NCBI GenBank assembly: GCA_048772705.1
Contig: JBLWGC010000082.1
Coordinates: forward strand, 124,001-188,000
Direction: 5' to 3'
DNA: 64,000 nt
Source: Leidyana gryllorum EB-2025a
Lineage: Eukaryota; Protista; Apicomplexa
Below, piece after piece: positions 11,416-24,100 of the stretch. Position 1 is the stretch's first letter. The number at the start of each line of letters is the position of its first letter. The position numbers and the translations under genes are program-made. Under the pieces are notes generated by a model. The model had not been told where the DNA came from. It was given only the letters and a program-made list of their open reading frames with translations, and did no database searches.

Positions 11416-13672
11416 TCACTCCTCCGAAGCTGCTGCCTCTGCCGCCTTCTTGGCGGCTTCCTCTGCCATGGCTTCGGCCAGAGAAGGATTCATCTTGGAG
11501 CGGAAGTCCTCCTGAATACGCTCCAATTCGTGCATATTCAGCTGGCCGTGCTGCAATGGCACAGGCGGCACCTGCTGAAGCGGCGGGAACAGCTGCTCAG
11601 GAGGCACATGATAACACGGCACGCCGGCCGAGCTCACACGACTCAAACCGTGAACGCCGTGCTGTGTCAGCACCTGCGGCTCCCGACCCTCCTTGCGGTA
11701 TTTGACATTCTTCATGCCCGGCACATCGTGGATAACCACCGGGTCCATCGGAACGGCATAGGCGGCGTTGGGGTCGATCGGGGCTGGCGGAGGCGGCATC
11801 GGAATGTCGCCGTACACAGCCTCCTGTGGCAGAGGTACACCGCAGCACCGCACCTCGAACTGGTTGGGATCGGCCTCGGGGTGTTCCTCGTAGTACCGCT
11901 CCAGGTCGGATCGGTTGTCAGGAACATCGCTCGGAGGCGGAGCCAAACTGCTACCGCGATGGGCGGTAGACGCGCTCATCCGTTCGTTGCCTCTGAGGTT
12001 GTAGGACGAGTGAGTGGCAGCGCTGCCTCTGGCCTGTTGGTGAGCCTTATCAGCAGCCTGTTGATGCTGACGTTGGGCGAATTGAACAGCATTCTGGAAC
12101 TGCACGTTCTGAGCAGTAGGCTCCATCATGGCAGCGTGACCTCCAGGGCCCGGAAGGATGTGGCTCGGATGGTAGTGGAAGTTCGGCAAACCGCCCTCCT
12201 CCGGAGCCAACGCAACGGTTCCGCGGTCCTCCGCTTGTCTGGAAGAGTAACAACAGATAAAAAGAAAGAACCTCCACGTCTCGACTTACACAACAGAGAC
12301 ATCGATCTTGGCTTCGAACGGCACCTTGATCTCCTTGACACCCGGCGGCAGATAGACTGTCTGGGGTCTGTTGGGATCCGCATCAGCAGGCATATACAGC
12401 GTGGAGCCCTCGACACGTGCCCCAGGAGGCATGTCCACATACTGCAGAATGTGTGTGTGAAAGAGCGCAAACGGTCGTTAAAGAACGTACCCCTGGAGAA
12501 GCGCCTGGGCCCGGCGCGTATGGCGATCCCGGTGGGAAGGGTGAGGCGTGACTGCCCCCTGGTGCCTGTCCAGAAGGTGCTGGGCTGGCAGCGGGGTCGT
12601 AGGTGAAGGGTCCGAACGTGCCGGAAGGACACTCTGGGACAGCTGCGTTGACGTCCCCGGTAGCGGGCGGGAGGACGAGGCCCGGACGGTAAGGCACCTC
12701 GATGATCTTCTCGACGTACTTTGGGACCACAAAGGGAATCTCTTTGGTGATGACTTTCGGAACGGAGCGTTTGACGATTTTGGGCTTCTCGATGATCTTC
12801 TCTTGGACGACCGGTTTGGTACATTCAATGTTGCGGTTGACGATAATAGCTTTGCGTTGGGGCACCAATTTGGGGGGATGGCGCATGTGAACGTCGATTG
12901 GAGTTTCGGTGTACTTTGTGCCCTGAGGGACCTCGATGATGTTCTCAGCGATGATGGCTTTGTAAAAGTATTTGGGGATCGTAATCTTCTTCTCCTCGCC
13001 AGCGGGAATGAGCTTCTCGAGTTGACCCTTCTTGACGACCTCCACAAAGTGGTGCTCGTGCTGAGTGAAGGGCTTCTGAGTGATTCGATCGTGGTGTTTC
13101 TTCTTGAGAACGAAGGTCTCGGTCTCCTCGTACTTGGGCGCGGTGACAAATTCCTCGGGAATCTCCTTCATGACGTTCTCCGGAACCGGCACAGCGCCAT
13201 AAGCAGTCATTGCCACAAAGCGGCCGTCAGCGCCCTTGAAGTTCTTGGCAAAGTTCTCGAATTGCTGATAGTTGACATAGCCACCCTGATTCATGGAGAA
13301 TTCCTCGTTTCTTGCGCCAGGCTGCAGCGGAGCCGATGATGCGTCCACTCCGTGACCCCCGTGAGCACCCGAAGCTTCCGTGTAACCCAGCGGCTCAACG
13401 TACACAGGGGCACGGCCACGGACAGGAACAGGCTCAGAGGGCAAGGGAGGGATGTACCCAGACTCCTCACGGTTGTCCACCATACGGGTGTAATGGTGTA
13501 CGGCCTGAGCGAGCTGATCGGGCGGCAGATCAGCCCATTGCTGCGAGCCGTCGTTCTTAGGGCCGTACGACAGGGTGGTCGGCTCGTGACGGTTCATGTC
13601 TTGAACGACATGGCCCTCAAACTCGAACTCCCGGCTAAGGCCAGAGGGAGGCCTTTCACTTGTATCAGTCAT
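11416..13672 (-). CDS. Alveolin / inner membrane complex IMC1-family cytoskeletal protein
   Basis: V/P/E/K-rich repeats ENIIEVP, EKIIEKPKI and VPKYVEKIIEVPY; two introns (~12441-12489, ~12239-12289); strong C/G-ending codon bias; CC pair in the C-terminal part. Confidence 0.8.
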
Positions 13673-13710
13673 GCTTTGCAGTGTCAGTCAGCAGTCGTTT
13701 AACTACTCAC

Positions 13711-13717
13711 GCATGCA
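13711..13717. promoter_or_regulatory. GCATGCA motif in the divergent alveolin / TM-protein intergenic region (candidate ApiAP2 site)
   Basis: Matches the core of the TGCATGCA element bound by apicomplexan AP2 factors; single occurrence only. Confidence 0.25.
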
Positions 13718-13816
13718 ACCCCTCTTTACAGACTTATGTGCGTGCGACGCGATTGACCACCAACTACTCTCGGTCCAGTAGGGACCCGAGGTGCAGGTCC
13801 CACACACTCTTCAGCA

Positions 13817-14727
13817 ATGTCTGAGATTGGTAGCACAGGATCCTGGCTTTTCATACCAGTCGTCGGTGCCGTAGCACTTCTTGGCACCTACTTGGTCTTT
13901 GCATACCTTCCGTCAACGCTGGCCCTCATTTTCTCAGACCAAGGAGCCTATCTGGCACCCAATGACATTGCCCATATCTTCGCCACAGACCCCCCCCTGG
14001 AGGACATCCGGAAGTTCGAAGGACTCCGCGAAATGCCAAATGTCGTCTGGATGGCCAACCTCTACAACATGGGCACCGTCATTGCAGTGAGTTCAAATCC
14101 GACACCTCCTCACACAAACTAACCCGCAGTGTCTGACCGGAATCTGGTCTATCCTCTGCGTTCTGGCCCCATTCGCAGCGCTCGTAAAGGGACTTTATTA
14201 CCTCTCCATGGCCTACTTCTTGAATTATATCGCTGTCAGCATTGGCATGTATTACTTGTACACTCAGCGTGATCTGTTGGAATTTGCCGAGGACTGGAGA
14301 ACCGCACATCACGAACAGCTCACACCCATCACCATATTCGGTGAGATCGCTTGGCCCAATGCATTCTGGTACAAGCTATGCTTCGGGTAAGAACAAACAC
14401 ACAACAGCACACATCCGTTTCCACAGTGCCATGGGACGCCTAATCATGCTCTATTACATCATCGACCTCTACTATTCGTGGTATCTGATCCTGCGTTGCG
14501 GCGGCTCAGGCTGGGAATTCCGCAAACCACAAGAACTCGACGGCTATGATGCATACATGGAGTCCAAAGGCCGCAAACGCCCCCAGTTGGACGACGATGA
14601 TGAAGAAGAAGGCGACATGGAAGCTGGTTTACCGAACCAAGCACAACTTCTCCAGATGCTCATGCAACAGCAGGGAAAAGGTGCTGAAGAGCAGGTACCC
14701 ATGTTGACCCCAGCTGCGGCTCCTTAG
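13817..14727 (+). CDS. Hypothetical four-pass membrane protein with C-terminal GGSGWE motif and acidic tail
   Basis: Two phase-consistent introns (~14087-14129, ~14387-14426); four hydrophobic segments; WYLILRCGGSGWEFRKPQEL. Confidence 0.7.
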
Positions 14728-14768
14728 AGAGTCTTTTTACGCTTGAAAAATAAAAACCATAGAACTCA

Positions 14769-16109
14769 ATGTTCGCTGCCAAGCACCAGCGCGCCCCGCT
14801 GCTGGAGGTTACTGAAGTCTCTGAATCCAAAATTTGCTTTACGCTATCCCAGACCGACGCGTCGTTCGCAAATGCATTGCGTCGAATAATGGTAAGATCC
14901 CAACACGTCACACACCGGCGCACACACGGATGTGATTGCCACCCTCCAGATTGCGGAGGTGCCAACTCTGGCTATCGACCTTGTAACTATAAAAGAGAAT
15001 ACTTCGGTGCATCAAGATGAGTTCATAACTCATCGGTTGGGTTTGTTGCCTATTGACTCGCGAGATATTCGACGGTATAAGGAGAGAGAGAATTGCGGAT
15101 GTGCTGACTTTTGCTCGTCCTGCGTTGTTCAGTACTCGCTAAGCGTCGTCTGTCGTGAAGAGAAGCAACAAATAGTGACGCACTTTGATTTAGTGCCCTC
15201 CGGAACACATGCGCCGCTGCCCGTACCTCTGCAATCCGAAGTAGTTAAGAACAACCCCGGAGTGGTGAGAAAACAAGACTGGCTCTTCGCGTAATGATCA
15301 CTCGCAGAACCCGAGTCAACTGGGAATCACCATTGCCAAACTGCGAGTCAATCAACAGATCGATGCCGATGTCCTGGCAATCCGGGGGATTGGCAAGCTC
15401 CATGCCAAATGGAACCCGACGGCAACCGCCGTATATAAGTACGAGCCCGATATCCGGATCGACCCGGAAGTCCAGAAACAAGTTTCGTCTGATGTGAAGA
15501 GGGCAATGTAAGTCTGGCTGTTCGTCAAGTCTATGTTTTATCCACCTCAGTGCGGAATCGTGCCCGCGAAATGTGTTTGCTCTCAAGGCGTCGACGCGCA
15601 CACAAACCCAGCACGCGAATGCGAGTGACATGAATGATTACTACATGTTCGGAGCCGACGATTCCACCTTGACAAACACTGCGGACGGTAGGAAGACTAG
15701 CTGCCCCTCCTTCTCTGTCACACTATTTTCTCTGTTACAGTGGAGGATCTGGACCTGGAAGTAGCCAATCGGATGGACTGCATTTTCTGCGGTGAATGCC
15801 GCGAGGCCTGTCAGCTTGCTGGTGTCCCGAACTTTGTAACGGTCAAGCACATGCCGGACCGATTTCACTTTGTTGTGGAGGTAAGCAATGTACAACGGGG
15901 TCTCAATCAATCAAATCCATCGGGCGATACAGTCGACTGGGTGTATGCCGGCAGCGCAGATAGTGGAGATGGCTCTGGAAATTCTGCTCGAGAAGCTCAA
16001 GGACATAGCGAGGAACTTCCAAAACGTCCCCATCACAGCTGCCGCCTTAGGACTGTCAGCAGCGCCTGGAGGAGTCCCTAGGGATCTCAGCAGATTGAAT
16101 CTGCATTGA
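14769..16109 (+). CDS. RPB3: DNA-directed RNA polymerase II subunit RPB3
   Basis: ANALRRIM|IAEVPTLAID, DEFITHRLGLLP, CGCADFCSSC Zn site, GIGKLHAKWNP and FHFVVE|STG; 5 introns. Confidence 0.95.
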
Positions 16110-16145
16110 GGAGAAAAGAGGGAAAGCTTCGTTTCGTCGGTCGGA

Positions 16146-16709
16146 TTACTCTTGTTGCAGAGCCGCGAGTTCTTCGGCCAGCCAGGCAGCTTGATCTCGA
16201 AGGTACTCTTCGGATGGGAGGGGCTCGGGTGTGACATTGATATCATTACCTTCGTCGTCTTCGTCCTCGCACTGAGCGATCAAGAGTTTCAATAATGAAT
16301 CGTTCTCCGTCATGACTGTGAATAGATAGCTGTCATCTTCCCAGAAAGGTGACGCTGCGTTAATATCTGCGAGAAGCACTTGGATGTCCTGCACCGATTT
16401 GAGAGACTGGTCTGCTTTCAACTTCCGGAGATAGTTTATCAACCGAATGCCGTGATATATCGAATGAGGCCTTGGAGCACGCTCCCGCACAGTCCTGAGA
16501 ATATTGAAGCAGTAGATCTCTTCCAAATACTCCTCCAACTGCTCATACGTTTGACCCTCGAAATTGTCCACAGGTGATACCCATGTATCCTTCAACTCAT
16601 CGTTTTCAACAATCTCGACTTCGAGCTCATCCTCCTCCGCTGACCACGCCCCTTCAACCGACGTCGACAATGAAGATGACGAAGAAGACGTGCTGGACCG
16701 GGCCCACAT
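16146..16709 (-). CDS. Stand-alone PRMT3 N-terminal (degenerate C2H2-like) domain protein
   Basis: FNIL..YHGIRLINYLR..FWEDDSYLFTVMTENDSLL resembles the PRMT3/Rmt3 N-terminal domain; no methyltransferase domain follows. Intronless, first ATG at 16709. Confidence 0.6.
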   Translation of the reverse strand: MWARSSTSSSSSSLSTSVEGAWSAEEDELEVEIVENDELKDTWVSPVDNFEGQTYEQLEEYLEEIYCFNILRTVRERAPRPHSIYHGIRLINYLRKLKADQSLKSVQDIQVLLADINAASPFWEDDSYLFTVMTENDSLLKLLIAQCEDEDDEGNDINVTPEPLPSEEYLRDQAAWLAEELAALQQE

Positions 16710-16742
16710 CACTCTTTTGGGGTACCCCAAAATTTTCACTCA

Positions 16743-19700
16743 TCATAAGTATACTATAGCTGTGAACTCGTCACCTTCTTCTTCCTCGACCTCCCATCTC
16801 ACGTCTACATTCCGGTAATCCAGGTGGTGAATATGCTGCCAAACCAAAGACCTTCAATGTGCCGCCACATATGTACTTCACATTCATCACTTTCCACTCG
16901 ACCCACCACACACGCGCGCACACACCACACGAACACGACCACTTGACAATCAAGGCGAGGCTTTGATTTGTCCAGCTTGAACACTTGGCACAGGCACAGG
17001 GGTGCTTGACACCGGGAACGGTGCTTGACACCGAATACACGCGTGATGGATGCGACACCACACGACCTCGACAACATGTTGACTTATGAAACTTACGCAA
17101 AAGTCGTCAATGATAGACTCGCGAGTCTCATCAGAGTCCAGCATCGCTTTGACTCCCTCCCATAACCAAATCTTGGTTTTCCATTTTCGCGAGGAATCCT
17201 CGCACTCACCTGCCAACCCCTTGTTGGCCGATAGTGGCTGATCTCCATCAACGTCGTCTGGGCCCGAGCCGGCGTAGCGTATGGTTGTTAAGAGAGGTAC
17301 AGGTGTCTTGGGTTTCGTCGCCGGCGCAGTCACACTTCTGATGTCTCGGCGACGTGTTGACAACTCCCCAGAGGCAGCATCCGACACATCCAAGTCGTCA
17401 TCACTGGATTCGCCATCGAAGCTGTGGGGTAACATCGCTGATTGGCCAAATTTGACCACCACCAGGACCCGATCACTCTGCAGACACTCCTCGTCAACCA
17501 ATCCTTCACCGATCTGCAGCTCGGGTACGACAAAGAAGTACGGCACCCCGATATCATATGCGTAGTCCGCTCCAACGCCAGTTTTGGCTCCAACGTCACT
17601 ACGTGTGGTGATCTCTGGGGGGGTACCCACTAATGCTGTGGCCTCAGCGGCTGTATTCATCCGCACCAGTGATTCAGTTACCAGATCGCTCAAAGGATTA
17701 CCCAAGTCAGCTTCCGAATGAACCTGTACCAGACAGAATGGGGATGAGAAATGGGGCGATCGCGCGAAACACTTACTCCTGGGAGAACGATCGATGGTCT
17801 GGGGCCACTGTCAACATCTGGTCGAGAGGGAGGAGTCAAATCGTCCTCGTCAGATCGTCTGCCATAGCCTATTCGGAACCGTCCCGTGGAGGGCGCATTG
17901 TCCTTCGGGCCCCGTGGGGGACGCGGTTGGGTGCTCTGTTGGCCGCGTTCGGTCACATGATTCCGGTAGCTGAGTGACCCCATCGGCACTCGACTTGGCG
18001 TCACTGCAATGTTCAAAAGACGTGAATCCCGAGAGGGAGACTCGTGGCCCGGGTCTGGTGGATGAAAGTTGAATGGCATGGCGTCAGCCTCGGGGCGCGC
18101 TTTCAGTTGGGCTTCCCATACGGCTACGTCGAACACAGTCAACTGGGGCAAAGCGGCTTGTATTATTCGAGCTTCCAGATCGAGCTGTGTACGTAATGAT
18201 GTTCAGGGGAGAGTGATTAGCAGTTAGGGAACTTGATGCTCACGTGAGGCAGACGGGCGACCTTGGTGTCTGGTGGTCCCTCCGGGTACAGCAGGGACCA
18301 GAACTTGGGGTCTTCCGAACCCTCTTCATTGCGCAGTACTCGCAGTCCTGGGTACAGAGAGCGGTGAGATTGATTGGAAGCGACCTCCAACTTACCATTG
18401 TCTGGAACGCCTTCGAAGTTCTTGATATCGCGAATGTACTTATCAATGGACTTGGACAGTACTTTGCTCATATGACGAGGGACTGCCGATCCGCACCATA
18501 CGTGAACCTGATTGTGAGGCAATTGGTTTGCAACGGAGTTGAGTGGTTAGAATGCTCACTCACCTCGTAATCGTCCCGTAATACGTAGTAGAAGCGAGGA
18601 TCCAGTCGGAGGGCGGGCCCCCCCGGCATCCAGGCTCCACGCTGCGGTTCGAAGAGAGAGATACCCAGAACGACGATAAAGGGCGCTGCTGGATGATGCG
18701 TGGTGACACGGCAAAGTTTGCGCTCAAACGGAGTTGACGTATCGTTACTGCCGGCCGCCAGACGCGTTATTCGTTTACCGAACTTGAGCAAAGTGAAGGT
18801 GAATCCGGTATTGGGGTTACACACAGCTCGCACTTTTCGTACACGATCCAGAGCCGATGGGAAATTGAGGCCTTCTCGCCACATCAAGAAGGCCACAGCA
18901 ATTGTTGCACTTCTTGATACACCTGACGACGAAAGAGAAGGTGTTGTTGCCCAGCACACGCACACGCACACACTGGCCGCCCCGGCTGAACTCACCTTCT
19001 CGACAATGTATGAGGACGACTCCCTTACGTTTGAGGGCTTGGTCGACGAAAGCAAGACTAGCTGGTAAGACCGACTCAAGCGCCTCATTTGTCAACCGTG
19101 AGTCTTGGAGGACAAGTGTGAGGTAGTCAAAGACACCAGGGAAGTAATTTGGACAGGTATCTCCAGCAGCGTTCAACACATGAGTTACTCGGGCTCGGCG
19201 GAGTATGGAGAGATCCGCGGCAACAACTTCACCACTTACAAACAACTTGTCAGGAATCACGGAAGAGATCTCATTACGGTAGCGCGCCAGCAGTACACTC
19301 CTTTCCTCGTCAGGGTCACCAGTCATGGGTTGCGCCTCAGTGGAAGGAGGCATCCGTCTGACCGTGGACGCCAACGCTGTGATCCGAGGAACCCCCAATC
19401 CTGACGTCGCGGCGCCGAGACCCAGCCCAAGTTTTGGAACACCGGCTTGGGGCGTCTGAGAGGCATAGGACGATGTCTGAGAGGAGCTGACGGGAGTACT
19501 GCTCCCGTCGCTGCTGCTGCTGCTGTTGCTGCTGGAGGATGAAGACGACGATGGTGAGTGGGAAACGTGTGACGGCGAAGGTATGTGGGGAGGGGTGTGA
19601 GGGGACTCAGGTCCCTTAACAGGTCGGACGGCGTCCAACGCTGGGATCTGTACTCCCGAGAAAGCCGGAGACCGATTGGATTGAGACACTCTCCGAGCTT

Positions 19701-21044
19701 TAGACGACCTTTGAGACTCCACTGACTCCTCATTTTCAGTCGTTAAAGACCGATGAGAATCTTCGTGCGCGTGGTGGCTGCGCTGAGACACAGTTTGGGG
19801 AGGCGTTCCACCGTTATTGGGCCCGCCCTCGGGTTCAGCCCGCTTTATAGGCTTCTTTGGAGGGAAACGATGGGGCAATACTGGCAACACCGGGGGCCGG
19901 TGTCGAACTCGCTGTGGCTCTGTGGGTTGCACAGCGGGAGCTTGGTGCATCGACTGATTCAGTCCGTACTTGACCAGTGGAGGTTGGACTTCTTGCCTCA
20001 ATTGTGCTGCCAACATACCGTTCGGATCTTCTGCAGTGTCGTGTGTTACTGAGGGTAGGAATAGACGAGCGATCTGGGGCTTCGTAGGGAAACTCGACTC
20101 GTCTGAACGAATACTTCGCACAAATTCCGATCCGGCTGTAGCCGGGGCCAACGCAGGGAGGGTGGTGTTTGGCGCTCCGCAACTTGAATTTGACTCTAAG
20201 ACGTGGGGGTTCACGTTATATGCGTGGGCCACCAGTCGGAGGTACATGTAGTTCTCACGCTGCAACTCGAACAGGAGTGCTTGGCTCGGCAGCTGGTGAC
20301 CCAACGTGAAGTACATTAAACCCCAGTTCTGCATCAGAACAGATGCTCGGAACGATTTGCGGATACACTCAGACATCAATCGTTCCAGGGCCATCGCGGC
20401 TTGTAGAACATGGGCCTGGTCAAAAATGTCGCTCGCCCACCTCAACCATTCGCCCAACTTACTTTTGCTAACAGCGGCGCGTCAACGCCTTCCCAGCTAT
20501 ATATGTTGAACAAGTCTGCACCGAGGCGCAGACGTTTGAAGAAAGTTAGAGGTGAGCATGTGGCCAAAGATCCGATCTGCGACGACAAATACTGCCTCCC
20601 TTTAGCCCCCACATAAGTCGCCTCACCTCACGCGCCCGCGACGAATGGGTAAAACACGTTCTAGCCGTCCTATGCCAGTCCTCAATTATACCATCATTGA
20701 TATTCAGATTCAGTAAGGTGTGGTCTTTAGCTGTTGAACTCCCACGCACATTAAGCTCCAGCCATAAATAACAGGCTTTAGATGTCAGTGAGGAAAATGG
20801 CAGTCTAGCGAATCCCAGCTGGTCAAAGTGGACTGGTGTGCCCGCAGACTCGCTGTCAAATATCCATCCCTGCGGTGATTACTTCAACCAGCCCACAATC
20901 ACAACATACCAGCACCACCAGCGAGCCAGGCCCTTCGAATCTCGCCGTTCGTTTCACAGCGTCATTGAGACAGGCCTGCACTTCACCATGAAACTGCGTC
21001 AAAGCAGGCGGGCTCCGCAGACAGGCCAGAAGATTGGACTCCAT
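16743..21044 (-). CDS. Dual-specificity protein phosphatase with gelsolin-like repeats (plant MKP1-like architecture)
   Basis: Spliced catalytic HCREGVSRSAT and CNPNTGF. Gelsolin-like segments IYSWEG, LDPRFYYV..VHVWCG..EEGSEDPKFW and IWLWEG..EEEEGDEF. About 8 introns. Confidence 0.8.
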
Positions 21045-21173
21045 GTCCCCTACAGCCTCTTCAATGTTTTGAAGGCCCCAACTAGGGCCCAAAGCAAAAT
21101 TCAACCTAATTTTCCCACAGTGCCTACACTATGCCCAGGTGAGGAAACACACGTGTGTGCTCAAACGAACGTC

Positions 21174-24100
21174 ATGCTTGCGCAGTCACACGACATCCTA
21201 CAAGCAATCGAGGCTCTGGCATCTTCGCAGACATCAAATGTGGCTGTCACCGAAGAAACCGTACAGTTGTTATGGGATACCACGTTGCAGGTGAGCAGAT
21301 GAACGAAATTGTGATCGACATCATTTTCATCAGGGCGTTGCCAATCGTCAGTGGCAAACAGCCCAAACTGCACTAACTACCCTTTATACCCTGTTGGATC
21401 GCGGACAAATTAGCGTTGTTCAGCTACAAGGATGCGTTTCTTCGTATACTGATTTGGCCGATGCGTTACTGCTCCATATGTGTCGACCTCGCACGAATTC
21501 TGCCACACTCGAAGAAATTCTGGTTTACAGCGACTTCAGCAACATACTGTTGTCCGCGATCACGTCCGAAGATCCAGTGTATGCTACCATCAAGACTGAA
21601 ATCGATAGTCGTCCCGGGTGAGCGCCACTCCCTTCACTACATTGCATGCCGTTTCTGCAGACTGTATATGCGTCTGCTCCTCCGTATGGTTGTCCAATGT
21701 GAAAATCTGCTCGTGGATAATCCGACGCAACGACAAGATGGGCTCACTGCTTTCACTTTACTCTACACTGCACGCTGTGCAGCTGACATTTGTCTGTTAC
21801 TCTTCACTATTGCTCCGAAACAGCGCGAGCATGTCTTCGAGGAAAATATTGCGTAAGTGATCAGCTCATCCGTTCCTGGTATTGTTTCTGCAGCAAATCA
21901 CTAGCCCGCGTGATGCTTGTATGCCCAGATTACCTGCTGCAATGCACTATCGCGGAGCTCCTCACCTCTCTGTGTGCACACTTCCCAGAGTCCCTTATCT
22001 TGTGGATGGAGTCCCAATGGGCTGACCTTCCAGCGGTGCTCGCTATTGCGCACAAAAGTGACGACGTTGGCTGCTACCTGCGGGACATGTTACGTCCGTG
22101 GAACACAGGGCGAACCGCTTTCCCAATTATCAACCAAGTATCCAATCACTTCGAATTGATGGTGGTTCGCAAGGACACCGCCGAAAGGATCCGCCTTTTA
22201 CGGACTCCCCTCATCGGACAGATAGATTTCGGTGTGTATTCAGCCATTTTCTCCGCAGCTGGCGTGATGGCGAACAGTCCGCATTCCCAGTCCTTAGGGG
22301 ACACTCAGGAGCAAGTACAATGCACATTAGCGGAATTCCCGTACTGGGGATGCAGGATTGAGTGGATCTCCGACCAGGTCTTGACGATCTTTGTCAACCC
22401 CCAAGCACTGCCCGAAGTTGTGAAACACTGGACCGGTTTGCTGGCGGTGCATCAAGCAGTCTTGGGCGAGATCAATGAACTCGCATGTGAAGTCACACTC
22501 AAATGTAAGTGGCATCTACGACTCAAGATCTATCCATTGCAGGTGGCGACGAGCAAGCTGCTGCAGTTCGACGATATCTGGCCACAGAAGCTGTTTTTTC
22601 CGGACCCTTCCACAAAGCGTCAGCTCGCCGCCCTTCGGCGCCGCCGCAGACGCCCGAGCTTCAGCTGAAGAGCGAATTCGATGAGCTAACCTCGTGCAAC
22701 ACCTCGGCAAGACGGGTCCGATCATCCTTTGCGACGACACGTGTGTTGAAGGACGCACTAGACAAAGTCTCAACAGACACCGCGTCAATAACCGAAACTA
22801 GAGCTGCACCAGCTGCTGCATTGGAAGTGGAGAATATGGGCATCCAACCACGTTGTGCGACACCTCCGAGACATATAACGGACGCTTCACCGAAGGATCG
22901 CACTCTTGAAGAGCCTCCTGCCCCCCGTAAACGTCAACTGGAGGAATCTCCATGGGCCTGCACCTCATCTGAGCCGACATCATCTGTAGGGCCTCCCAAA
23001 AGGGTCAGTTTCGCTGCTGGAACACGCTTCAATGAAGAGGAGGAACCAACACCTGCGCAGGCTGACGATAATATCGAACAAGAAGATACTGAGACAATGG
23101 GAGATGGTGCTCCCATTACGCCAAGTGAACCTATCAGACTGACTTATCCGGTTCTTGGTCAACCGTCGACCCGTCCGACCCCATCGTCAAACCGTCGGAG
23201 TCTGGCCTCCCTGAGCACTGGCACCGGAAGTGTTAGACGTTCCAGTAGTGCTCACGTCCCTGCAGGTTCCGCCACCCCTGTGACGCCTGGTGTGGACAGC
23301 ATGCCGCCTTCCTCTGCAACCGACAGGAGTGCTCAGCAAACCAAGAGTAGCCGCGGGAGGAGCACGAAGCAGGAATCGTGTCTGAAAAGGCGTGTGGCCG
23401 CTGCCTCGGAGCCCCCATCGAATACTTCTGGAAACAGAACTGCCTTATTTTCCAAGAAGTCTACGACCACTCGGATCCGGCCAACAGCCGAGCCGACTGC
23501 AGGCGGAGGCAAAAGTCCGCGAGCTTTGGAGACTGCCAACAGTAAGAAGTCCAAACCCGTGCGCAAAGAGGCACCTTCACGGCCCCCCACCCCCAAATCT
23601 CCTGCTAAGGCCTGCGCACGTCCAAGCCCGAAGGACAAGAAGACAGCCGACTCTCTTCCTGCTCGCCGAAACGTTCCCGTGCGCGCAGTGAGAGGCAAAT
23701 CTCGGGTTCAGATAGTAGAAGATGAAAGCGGGTCGTCGGATAGCAGCTCCGATGAATCAGACGCGTCTTCTGTCGCCCCAGGTGAACAGACTCAAGAAGT
23801 GACGAGGAAAGCTCGCAAGGAAGTTCCTGATCCAGCGGAAATTCTTCTGCCTTTGCATGGTCAAAGCGCACTAGCTGAATCTGCTCCGTTCTCAGTTCCA
23901 TCCGCGAGTTCTCCTGTCACTCCAGTGGTTGTTCCTCTGAGGGCGCCGCCCACTCGAGCTAAAATTCGGAGCCCAAAAGCGCAGGCCAAGAAGAGATCGA
24001 CGAAACCGAAACCGACCTCGCGGAAGCCTTCTGAAAATCCTCCATGTGAGCCGAGTGCAGCTGATAAGCTCGCCGTCGTCCCCGAGCCCCCTTCCGAAGA

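Noticed and set aside
11530-13702. Long plus-strand ORFs (358, 263 and 116 aa) opposite the alveolin gene
   Set aside because: Antisense shadows caused by strong codon bias; no protein-like features.
16884-16890. C/D-box snoRNA in the long DUSP intron
   Set aside because: A box C-like GTGATGA is present, but there is no CTGA box D or terminal stem before the acceptor.
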